From assembly GCA_052386995.1 (NCBI GenBank), contig JBQTJP010000301.1, positions 1-10,625 of the forward strand: DNA of 10,625 bases, written 5' to 3'. Both the position numbers and the translations under genes were made by a program. The stretch is from Armatimonadota bacterium (GTDB taxonomy: Bacteria > Sysuimicrobiota > Sysuimicrobiia > Sysuimicrobiales > Humicultoraceae). The notes below the pieces were generated by a model. The model saw only the letters and a list, made by a program, of their open reading frames with translations, was not told the DNA's origin and did no database searches. Shown one piece after another: positions 1 to 7,275 of the stretch (the first letter of the stretch is position 1; every line of letters starts with the position of its first letter).

Positions 1-803
1 TTCACCGGACGGCCCAGCATCATGCTGACGTACGGGATGAGAAAGTCCTCGGGATAGAACTCGCCCCGGACTCCGAAGCCTCCCCCGACATCGGGCTCCA
101 CGAATCGAATGCGCTCGAGGGGATAGCCAAGGAGGTCGGCGAGCACGCGCCGGTTGAAGTGGGGGACCTTCGTCGGTCCCCAGACCGTCAGCATGCCGGC
201 GCTCGCGTCGTAGTGCGCTACCAGGCCGCGCGTTTCCAGCGGCACGCCGGTGTGGCGCTGAACGGTGAACCGGTGCCGGATGCGCACCTCCGCGCCGGCC
301 AGGGCGCCATCGGGATCGCCCACAACGGCGTCGATGCGATGGGCCAGGTTGCCGGCCGCGTCTGCGTGCAGCACCGGCGCCTCGGAGTCCAGGGCCTGTT
401 CCGCGGTCGTGACGGCGGGCAGCATCTCGCAGTCGAGCACAACGAGATCCGCGGCATCTTCGGCAACGTATCGATTCTCCGCGACGACGACCGCAACGGG
501 TTCACCGACGTAACGCACGCGTTCTCGCGCCAGGGGGAGTTGCAGGTAGGGGACAAGCAAGGGATTCGAGCCCAGCCGGATTGGTATCGACCTGACGTCG
601 CGGGGAAGGCCGGCCTGAATCAAGACCACTCCGGGCAGGCGCGCTTTCGAATCGTCGATACTGTGGATCTTCGCGTGGGCATGCTGGGTGCGGACGACGA
701 CCGCGTGCAGCATCCCTGGGAGCACGATGTCGTCCACGTATTGTGCGCGGCCGGAGAGCAGGCGCGGGTCTTCTTTGCGCTTCAACGACACGCCGATGAT
801 CAC
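1..803 (-). CDS. Xanthine dehydrogenase/CoxL-family molybdopterin-binding (large) subunit, 5' part; truncated by the window edge
   Basis: Not in the ORF track; translated by hand. GTG at 803-801 overlaps the SDR stop (TAGTG). Reads MIIGVSLKRKEDPRLLSGRAQYVDDIVLPGMLHAVVVRTQHAHAKIHSID...QRHTGVPLETRGLVA...LTVWGPTKVPHFNRRVLA...PDVGGGFGVRGEFYPED...LGRPV, and both ends are in the same frame. The EDPRLL.G...Y.DD, H.HA.I..ID, PLE.RG and GGGFG motifs are diagnostic of the family. Confidence 0.93.
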   Translation of the reverse strand, partial: MIIGVSLKRKEDPRLLSGRAQYVDDIVLPGMLHAVVVRTQHAHAKIHSIDDSKARLPGVVLIQAGLPRDVRSIPIRLGSNPLLVPYLQLPLARERVRYVGEPVAVVVAENRYVAEDAADLVVLDCEMLPAVTTAEQALDSEAPVLHADAAGNLAHRIDAVVGDPDGALAGAEVRIRHRFTVQRHTGVPLETRGLVAHYDASAGMLTVWGPTKVPHFNRRVLADLLGYPLERIRFVEPDVGGGFGVRGEFYPEDFLIPYVSMMLGRPV

Positions 804-1600
804 TAGATGTCCATGACAGCCTTGCGCTGGCCGCCGTCAAGCGTGATCCACGCGCCGTTCATGAAACTTGCGCGCGCGGACGCCACGAAGACCACAACAG
901 CGGCGACCTCCTCGGGGGTGCAGATACGCCCGAGCGGCATGCTCTTCACCGCCTGCTTGCCGGCGTCATCGAACGACATCCCCTTGTCGCGCGCATACGC
1001 CCGCACAAGGCCGTCCCACCGCTCGGTCGCCACCGGTCCGGGATTCACGGCATTCACGAGAATGCCCTTCGGTCCATACTGCTCGGCGAGCGCAGAGGTC
1101 ATCGCCAGATCGGCCGCGTTCGCGGCGCTCGCCGTGAGCTCCCAATACGCCGGTTTGATGCCGTCGTTGCCCACCACATTCACGATTCGGCCGGCGCCAC
1201 GCTTGAGCAGGTGGGGGATCGCCGCCTTCGAACAGCGGACGTACCCCATGAACTTCAACTGCAGGCTGACTGCCCAGTCCTCCTCGGTCAGGTTTTCGAT
1301 CAGGCCACCCGGCGATGCTCCCGCGCAGTTCACCAGGATATCGAGTCCGCCGTAGTGCGCGGCGGCGGCGTCGACGCAGCGCTTCGCGTCCTCCCATTTC
1401 TGCATGTCGCCGGAGACCGTAAACACCGGCCGTCCACTCGCGGCCCGGATCGCCTCGGCGGCCCGACGCAGCCCGTCGGGGTTGCGTGCGCACATGGCCA
1501 CGCTCGCGCCCTCGCGCGCGAACTCCGTCGCGCAGGCCAGGCCAATGCCCTTCGACCCTCCTGTAATGAACACGACTTTGTTCTGCAGTCCCAGATCCAT
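803..1600 (-). CDS. Atypical short-chain dehydrogenase/reductase, probably NADP(H)-dependent, BacG/YwfH-like
   Basis: TGGSKGIG Rossmann motif, CARN, DILVNCAG, VNPGPVAT and a C-terminal LDGG. Lacks YxxxK. GGAGG SD at 1611-1607. Confidence 0.93.
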   Translation of the reverse strand: MDLGLQNKVVFITGGSKGIGLACATEFAREGASVAMCARNPDGLRRAAEAIRAASGRPVFTVSGDMQKWEDAKRCVDAAAAHYGGLDILVNCAGASPGGLIENLTEEDWAVSLQLKFMGYVRCSKAAIPHLLKRGAGRIVNVVGNDGIKPAYWELTASAANAADLAMTSALAEQYGPKGILVNAVNPGPVATERWDGLVRAYARDKGMSFDDAGKQAVKSMPLGRICTPEEVAAVVVFVASARASFMNGAWITLDGGQRKAVMDI

Positions 1601-1606
1601 GCTCTG

Positions 1607-1611
1607 CCTCC
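1607..1611 (-). promoter_or_regulatory. Shine-Dalgarno for the SDR gene
   Basis: Minus strand reads GGGAGGCAGAGC-ATG. Confidence 0.75.
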
Positions 1612-1616
1612 CGCTG

Positions 1617-1715
1617 TCAGCCCCGCCGTATGGCGGGGGGTGGAGCAGCAGCCGCTGTGAGATCGCCGTAGAGTTCCGGCCGCCGATCTCCCACGAGATC
1701 CATCTCGGGTGTCAC
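1617..1715 (-). pseudogene. 32-codon ORF, probable internally deleted relic of a carbon-nitrogen hydrolase (nitrilase superfamily) gene
   Basis: GTG at 1715-1713 overlaps the VOC stop (GTGA) and reads MTPEMDLVGDRRPELYGDLTAAAAPPPAIRRG* to TGA at 1619-1617, just before the SDR SD. DRRPELY is the conserved C-terminal signature of nitrilase-family amidases. Confidence 0.6.
1621..1638. repeat. GC-rich inverted repeat (hairpin) CCCCGCC-GTAT-GGCGGGG
   Basis: Perfect 7-bp stem with a 4-nt loop; no U-tract on either strand. Confidence 0.55.
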
Positions 1716-2137
1716 GCCGGCTTCACCGGCTGAGTGAGCTCCACGAGAACGCCGCCGGCAGGGCCCGGCGCCAGAAACGCGATGAGTGTATCGCCTGCGC
1801 CCGCTCGCGGGGCCTCATCCTGCAGCGCCACGCCGCGCGCCTTCAACGCTTCGAGCGCTGCCTGGATGTCGTCTACCCGGAGCGCAATGTGTTGGATGCC
1901 CTCTCCGCGGTCACGCAGCCAGTCCGCGTTGAACCCGTCGGAGGTCAGCGGTTCGATGAGCTCAAGGAGCGTGCCGCCCAGTGGAATGAACCCGATCCGC
2001 AGCAGTCCCGGGCCGTAGTCCTCCCAGGCCGTCACCTCGAGTCCCAGCGCCTCCAGGCGCTCCGCGGCCGCGCGCGCGTCCCGCACGAGGATGCCGATGT
2101 GGTGCACGCCGGAGATGTCGGGCGGCCCGTTAGCCAT
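1712..2137 (-). CDS. VOC (glyoxalase/methylmalonyl-CoA epimerase-like) family protein
   Basis: HHIGILVRD, LELIEP, GEGIQHIALRVDDIQAAL and GGVLVELTQ supply the H/E/H/E metal ligands. The ATG overlaps the cyclase stop (ATGGCTAA). Confidence 0.9.
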   Translation of the reverse strand: MANGPPDISGVHHIGILVRDARAAAERLEALGLEVTAWEDYGPGLLRIGFIPLGGTLLELIEPLTSDGFNADWLRDRGEGIQHIALRVDDIQAALEALKARGVALQDEAPRAGAGDTLIAFLAPGPAGGVLVELTQPVKPA

Positions 2138-2798
2138 CGACCCAGGCCGCGACGCGCGCGGGTCCTCCGTTGCCGCCCTTGACCGGCACCGGCATCGCCA
2201 GAAGCGTGAACCGGCGGGCGCCGATGCGATCGAGGTTGATCAGGTTCTCAATCAGGCAGACATTCGCGCCAAGGGTGATCACGTGCACGGGATACGGCGG
2301 CTCTCCGGCGGGCTTGGGCGGCCCGCCGTCCACGGCGAAGTCCACGCCCAGGGCGCGCGCGCCGCTGTCCACAAGCCATCTGGCGGCCTCATTGGAAAGG
2401 TACGGATTGTCACGATAGAAGGAAGGATCGGTCCACTTCGCCTGCGCCCACCCGCTCCAGAGCACGACGCGCCGGTCACGCAGGTCGCCCGCATCGCCCG
2501 CGGCCGCCCGCAGGGCCTCGACGGCGAAGGGCTCCCCAGGCCGGGCCGCCGAGCGCAGGTCCAGCAGCACCGCGGGGCCGTTCAGCCAGTCGAGCGGCAC
2601 CCGGTCCATGGTCAGACCATCTTTGATGAAGTGGAACGGGGCGTCGATGTGCGTGCCCGTGTGGACGCTGAACGTGGCAAACCAGTTGGAGAGGCCGTGG
2701 AGCTCGTGGTGATGGATCGGCAGCGTGAAGATGCGCGGGTGGCCGGGCACCGGCTCGACCTCGGCTCCCCAGGGGATCGTCAGATCGACCAACCTCAC
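2130..2798 (-). CDS. Cyclase-family metal-dependent amidohydrolase (kynurenine formamidase KynB-like)
   Basis: HTGTHIDAPFH matches HxGTHxDxPxH; also VDLT, LGVD, IENLINL and GGNGGPARV. GTG start lies 8 nt after the upstream stop. Confidence 0.93.
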   Translation of the reverse strand: MRLVDLTIPWGAEVEPVPGHPRIFTLPIHHHELHGLSNWFATFSVHTGTHIDAPFHFIKDGLTMDRVPLDWLNGPAVLLDLRSAARPGEPFAVEALRAAAGDAGDLRDRRVVLWSGWAQAKWTDPSFYRDNPYLSNEAARWLVDSGARALGVDFAVDGGPPKPAGEPPYPVHVITLGANVCLIENLINLDRIGARRFTLLAMPVPVKGGNGGPARVAAWVDG

Positions 2799-2806
2799 GG
2801 GGCGCC

Positions 2807-3778
2807 TCAGCCGCCGATCAACAAGCGCCCATCGTCCACCACGGTCCGGCCGTCGAGCTCGACCGTCGGGCGCAGCAGCAGGCCATCGAGGTGCAGCTCG
2901 CTGACCACCGTGCCGCCGATCACATGGTTGTCGCCGATGGCGACGTGCACCGATCCCCGCAGCTTCTTGTCCTCGGTCATCGAGCCGATCAGACGGGCGC
3001 GCTCGTTGGTGCCGATCGCGAACTCCGCGATGTTGGTGGCATGTGCATCGGATGCCGCGACCATCTCGCGCAACGCCTTGGCCGAGGCCCCGCCCTCGAT
3101 GGCGGCCACGCGACCGGCGCGCACGGTCATGCGGATGGGCGCATCCAGCAGCCCCAGATTGTCCATCGTGTGGTCGATGACGAGCGTGCCCTCGGCCGTC
3201 CCCTCCACCGGCGAGATCGCGGCCTCGCCGTCCGGCATCGCGGCAAAGGTCCCGGGACCGCCCACACGGCCCGTCAGCGCGACCGCGCCGCGGCCTGCCA
3301 GCGACATTGACAGATCGGTCCCCGACGGCGTCCGCACGCGCGCTGTCTTGGCGTCGGTCATGAGGCGCGCGAGATCGCGCGTGATCCGGTCTACTTCGTC
3401 GTAGTCGGCCAGCATCGCGCCGTGCGTCATGATGTCTTCCGTGACGCCGCGCAGGACCAGCACGCGCGCGCCGGCGCGCAAGGCATCCCGAGTCGCGTCG
3501 GTGTGCGTCATCGCGTAGGTCACGGGCTGGATCACGACATCGGCGGCCTTCATCGCCGCGGCGACGACGCGGGGCGGCTCGTTCCCGTGCGCCTGGCGCG
3601 GCGCCATGGTCACCATGACCGGCTCGGCGCCGATCTCCTGCACGGCCTCGACCAGGGCCAGGGCAATCGGCAGGGTATTCGTATCGGCCGCAACGCAGAC
3701 GAGCTCACCGGGCTGCACCCGGGCGCACGTGCGCACCACGTTGCGAACGCTGTCGTGAAGCGACACCGTCGTGACCAT
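2807..3778 (-). CDS. M29 (aminopeptidase T/AmpS)-fold protein; same fold as the NicX-type 2,5-dihydroxypyridine dioxygenases
   Basis: EPPRVVAAAMKAADV, MTHTDA, GTDL, MPDGEAAISP, NIAEFAIGTN, GSVHVAIGDN and SELHLDG. GGAGG at 3794-3790. Confidence 0.88.
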   Translation of the reverse strand: MVTTVSLHDSVRNVVRTCARVQPGELVCVAADTNTLPIALALVEAVQEIGAEPVMVTMAPRQAHGNEPPRVVAAAMKAADVVIQPVTYAMTHTDATRDALRAGARVLVLRGVTEDIMTHGAMLADYDEVDRITRDLARLMTDAKTARVRTPSGTDLSMSLAGRGAVALTGRVGGPGTFAAMPDGEAAISPVEGTAEGTLVIDHTMDNLGLLDAPIRMTVRAGRVAAIEGGASAKALREMVAASDAHATNIAEFAIGTNERARLIGSMTEDKKLRGSVHVAIGDNHVIGGTVVSELHLDGLLLRPTVELDGRTVVDDGRLLIGG

Positions 3779-3891
3779 GGGTTATCGGGCCTCCGTCGTC
3801 TGTCGTATCCACTTCTGGCGGCGCGCGCAGGACTCCTCGCGAGCGCGCGGAAGAGCACTGCCACGATTCATTCCGGCAAGGAGGGTTGTGT
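3779..3891. promoter_or_regulatory. Divergent intergenic/promoter region with SD sequences for both operons
   Basis: The flanking genes diverge. GGAGG on minus at 3794-3790 and AAGGAGG on plus at 3878-3884. Promoter hexamers could not be identified with confidence. Confidence 0.55.
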
Positions 3892-5412
3892 ATGCGTATG
3901 CTCGGGATCGGCCTCGCGGTCGCGCTGCTCCTGGGTCTGATCGGCAACACCACCATCCCAACCGGCGCGCAGGAACGGCCGCTGGTCATCGCGCTCGGCG
4001 CGGAACCCCGCAGCCTCATGGCGATGCGCATTGTCGATTGGACCACTAACGTCCAGCAGATGAACATCTATGACCGCCTCTACTACTGGGACGGCGATCC
4101 CCCGCGCATCAAGCCGTCGCTGGCCGCGGAGCCCGTGCAGACACCCGACGATCTCACATGGATCATCAAGCTGCGGCCGAACGTGCGGTTTCACAACGGC
4201 GACCCGCTGACCGCGGACGCGGTCAAGTGGACGATCGAGTGGCTGCTCGATGCCAAGAACGAATCCCATTACCGGCCGCGGTTTTCGTTCGTTGAGTCGG
4301 TCGAGGTCATGGACCCCCTGACGGTGCGCATCCGGACCAAGGAACCGGCCCCGATCCTACGCTACTACCTCGTGGACTTCACCGTCCAGAATCCCAGCTA
4401 CGTTCGTCAGGTTGGCAACGACGTCGCCTCCCGCCAGCCCGTCGGCGCGGGACCGTACAAGTTCGTCCGATGGGACCGAGACGAGCGGCTCGTGCTCGAA
4501 GCCAACCCCACGTACTGGAATAAGCCGCCGGCGGTCCGGCGGATCGAGTTTCGGTTTATCCCCGACTTCAGCGCGCGCCAGGCTGCGCTGCTGGCCGGTG
4601 AGGCCGACATCGTCAAGGACGTACCGCCGGTCGCGGTCGATCAGGTGAACCGCAGCGGGACCGCCGAGGTCCGGAGCATTCCGTCGTCGCGCATCAACTA
4701 CGTCGCCCTGGTGAACTTCAAGTCAGGACCGCTGCAAGACCGTCGGGTCCGCCAGGCCCTCAACTATGCGGTGGACGTTGACGGCATCATCACGAACCTG
4801 TACAAGGGCCGCGCCACTCGCATCCCCGGGCCGCTCTCGTCCATCAATGAGAACGTAAATCCAAACCTCAAGCCGTATCCGTACGATCCACAGCGGGCTG
4901 TGCAGCTTATTAAGGAAGCCGGCTTCGACCCTGCCCGCATGGAATTCACCCTGGACTCGCCATCGGGCCGCTATCCCCTCGACAAGGAAGCCGCCGAAGC
5001 CATCGCCTCCTACCTGGGCCGGATTGGGATCAAGGTCAGGGTGCAGGTCAACGAGTGGGGCACCCACCTGGACAAGATCATCAACCGGCGCACCGGCGAG
5101 ATGTTCTACCTCGGCTGGGGCCCCGCGCTGGAGGCGCAGGGCACCATCGCCGAGCTATTCCGACCCGACCGCACCTACAGCGGCTTTGGCACCTCGGCGC
5201 TCACCCAGGAGATCAACAAGGTCCTCCCGATCGTCGATGCCAGGAAGCGCCAGTCGGCCTGGCACCGGATTCAGGTCATGCTCTACACCGAGGCCCCGTG
5301 GATCTTCCTCTGGCAGCAGCACGACCTCTACGGGGTGAACAAGCGGGTGGATTGGAAGCCGCATCCGGCCGAGAAAATCTTCTTGCACGACGCGTCGTGG
5401 ACGAGGCGGTGA
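3892..5412 (+). CDS. ABC transporter substrate-binding protein, family 5 (DppA/OppA/NikA-like)
   Basis: N-terminal signal peptide with no lipobox Cys; LRPNVRFHNGDPLTADAVKWT, PVGAGPYKFVRW, DRRVRQALNYAVD and YPYDP. Start placed at ATG 3892 because AAGGAGG lies 7 nt upstream; the track's TTG at 3886 is too close to the SD. Confidence 0.95.
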   Translation: MRMLGIGLAVALLLGLIGNTTIPTGAQERPLVIALGAEPRSLMAMRIVDWTTNVQQMNIYDRLYYWDGDPPRIKPSLAAEPVQTPDDLTWIIKLRPNVRFHNGDPLTADAVKWTIEWLLDAKNESHYRPRFSFVESVEVMDPLTVRIRTKEPAPILRYYLVDFTVQNPSYVRQVGNDVASRQPVGAGPYKFVRWDRDERLVLEANPTYWNKPPAVRRIEFRFIPDFSARQAALLAGEADIVKDVPPVAVDQVNRSGTAEVRSIPSSRINYVALVNFKSGPLQDRRVRQALNYAVDVDGIITNLYKGRATRIPGPLSSINENVNPNLKPYPYDPQRAVQLIKEAGFDPARMEFTLDSPSGRYPLDKEAAEAIASYLGRIGIKVRVQVNEWGTHLDKIINRRTGEMFYLGWGPALEAQGTIAELFRPDRTYSGFGTSALTQEINKVLPIVDARKRQSAWHRIQVMLYTEAPWIFLWQQHDLYGVNKRVDWKPHPAEKIFLHDASWTRR

Positions 5413-5418
5413 TGCGCG

Positions 5419-5435
5419 GACCCGGCGATCGGGTC
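5419..5435 (+). other. Stem-loop after the binding-protein gene (possible mRNA stabiliser or attenuator)
   Basis: GACCCG-GCGAT-CGGGTC, a 6-bp stem with no U-tract, at a position typical for ABC operons. Confidence 0.4.
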
Positions 5436-5459
5436 ACGCCTGTGTCCTAGCGGATCCCG

Positions 5460-6377
5460 ATGGGCCAGTTCGTCGCCCGGCGCCTGTTGGAGGCCGCAGT
5501 CGTGCTCTTTCTGGCGCTCACCGCGGTCTTCAGCCTGCAGTTCCTGGCGGGCGATCCCGTCAAGCTGTTCCTGCCGACCGATACGACCCCGAAGCAAATC
5601 GAGGAGTTTCGCGCTCGCCTCGGGTTCAACGACCCGTGGCTGGTCCAGTACGTGCGTTTCATGCGCGGGGCCCTTCGCGGCGACTTCGGCGAATCGCTGC
5701 GGCAGAACGAACCCGCTCTCGGACTGGTGCTGCAGCGGTTTCCGGCGACGCTCTCTCTCTCGGGGGTGGCCATGCTGCTGGCGCTGGCGGCCGCGATTCC
5801 AGTGGGCGTGATCTCGGCAGCCCGCCGCAACTCGTGGTTCGATCATCTCGGCATTGGGACCACAGTGCTCGGCCAGGCGATTCCCAGCTTCTGGTTCGGC
5901 CTGATGCTGATATACGTATTCTCGGTCTGGCTGCGCTGGCTTCCCACGAGTGGGCGGGGGAGTTGGGTGCACTTCATTCTGCCGTCGATCACGCTCGCGG
6001 CGTTCGTGGCGGCCCGTTTCGCGCGGCTCACGCGCTCGATGATGCTCGATGTGTTGGGCCAGGACTACATCAGAACCGCGCGCGCGAAAGGCCTGGCCCC
6101 ACCGCGTGTCCTATACAAGCACGCGCTCAAGAATGCCAGCCTGCCCATCGTGACGCTGCTCGCACTCCAGCTGGGAAACCTGCTGGGCGGCGCGGTGATC
6201 ACGGAGACGATCTTTGCCTGGCCGGGTGTCGGGCGATTCCTGGTGCAGGCGCTGCTCAATCGCGACTTTCCTGTTGTCCTGGTCGGCGTATTCCTCACGG
6301 CCCTTCTGTATTCGCTGCTCAACCTGGCGGCGGATCTCGCCTACGGCTGGCTGAACCCGAGAATCCGATATGAGTAG
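5460..6377 (+). CDS. ABC transporter permease, DppB/OppB-like
   Basis: GDP, LGFNDP..VQY, GDFGES, PSFWFG, the EAA-loop QDYIRTARAKGL, and GGAVITETIFAWPGVG...RDFP...NPRIRY. Confidence 0.96.
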   Translation: MGQFVARRLLEAAVVLFLALTAVFSLQFLAGDPVKLFLPTDTTPKQIEEFRARLGFNDPWLVQYVRFMRGALRGDFGESLRQNEPALGLVLQRFPATLSLSGVAMLLALAAAIPVGVISAARRNSWFDHLGIGTTVLGQAIPSFWFGLMLIYVFSVWLRWLPTSGRGSWVHFILPSITLAAFVAARFARLTRSMMLDVLGQDYIRTARAKGLAPPRVLYKHALKNASLPIVTLLALQLGNLLGGAVITETIFAWPGVGRFLVQALLNRDFPVVLVGVFLTALLYSLLNLAADLAYGWLNPRIRYE

Positions 6378-7257
6378 CGCTGCCGCAACCCCGACACCGG
6401 GCGCAGCGCCGCCCGCGCTTGTCCCACCGCGTCGTGCGCGCCGGCGATTCCCCCTGAATCGTTCGGGCGCGTTTGGGCTTGTGGTGGTTGCGCTGGTCGT
6501 CGCCGTTGCGGCGATGGCTCCGCTGCTGGCCCCCTATGGCCCGGTGGAGGGCGACCTCACGCGCTCGCTGCAGCCGCCGTCGCCGTCCCACTGGCTTGGA
6601 ACCGACCAGCTCGGCCGTGACCTCTTCACGCGCATCCTGTACGGTGCGCGCGTGTCACTGGCGATTGGTCTGGCCACCGTAGGGATCGCGGGCGCGCTCG
6701 GGCTCTTCGTGGGCATCGTCTCGGGATACCTCGGGGGCAAGACCGATGTGGTGTTGATGCGGCTGGTCGATGTGCAGCTCTCGTTTCCCTTCATCTTGCT
6801 TGCCCTCGTGGTCAACGCGATTCTGGGCATCGGGCTGCAGAACATCATTCTCACGCTCATCATCACGGGCTGGGTCGTCTACGCCCGCCTGATTCGCGGT
6901 GAGGTCCTCGCGCTCAAGACCCTGGACTACATCGAGGCGGCCCGGGCGCTCGGGGCGCCGGAGACGCGGATCGTCACCCGCCATCTCCTGCCAAACCTGT
7001 GGACGCCGCTCATCATTCTGTCGTCGCTCCAGGTGGCGCAGTTCATCGTCGCCGAGGCCGCGATCAGCTTCCTGGGATTCGGCGTGCAGCCGCCCACGGC
7101 ATCGTGGGGCAACATGCTGAACGAAGGCAAGACGTACATCTACAACGCGTGGTGGATGACAACGTTTCCCGGCCTGGCGCTCGTCGTCACGGCGCTCGGC
7201 GTCAACCTCGTCGGCGATTGGCTGCGCGACACGCTCGATCCCAGATTGTCGACCTGA
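6370..7257 (+). CDS. ABC transporter permease, DppC/OppC-like
   Basis: HWLGTDQLGRDLFTRILYGARVSL, DYIEAARALGA, EAAISFLGFG..PP..SWG and GDWLRDTLDPR. 8-nt overlap with the upstream permease. Confidence 0.96.
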   Translation: MSSAAATPTPGAAPPALVPPRRARRRFPLNRSGAFGLVVVALVVAVAAMAPLLAPYGPVEGDLTRSLQPPSPSHWLGTDQLGRDLFTRILYGARVSLAIGLATVGIAGALGLFVGIVSGYLGGKTDVVLMRLVDVQLSFPFILLALVVNAILGIGLQNIILTLIITGWVVYARLIRGEVLALKTLDYIEAARALGAPETRIVTRHLLPNLWTPLIILSSLQVAQFIVAEAAISFLGFGVQPPTASWGNMLNEGKTYIYNAWWMTTFPGLALVVTALGVNLVGDWLRDTLDPRLST

Positions 7258-7275
7258 ACACGAAGGGAGGAGACC

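Noticed and set aside
159..806. 215-aa plus-strand ORF
   Set aside because: Antisense shadow of the Mo-hydroxylase gene, which carries clear family motifs on the minus strand.
1617..1715. Small Asp-containing ORF as the precursor peptide for the RiPP-type PIMT
   Set aside because: It lies over 7 kb away in a different operon, has no FxLD, lasso or graspetide features, and is better explained by the nitrilase C-terminal motif.
2695..2715. His-rich HHHELH stretch in the cyclase
   Set aside because: Too short to support an additional metal site without an alignment.
2091..3404. 437-aa plus-strand ORF
   Set aside because: Antisense to the cyclase and M29 genes, with no motifs and an Arg/Ser/Pro-rich composition typical of high-GC shadow ORFs.
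3849..3864. Possible sigma54 promoter on the minus strand (TGGCAG-N5-TTCC)
   Set aside because: The essential -12 GC is CC, and no enhancer-binding protein is encoded in the window.
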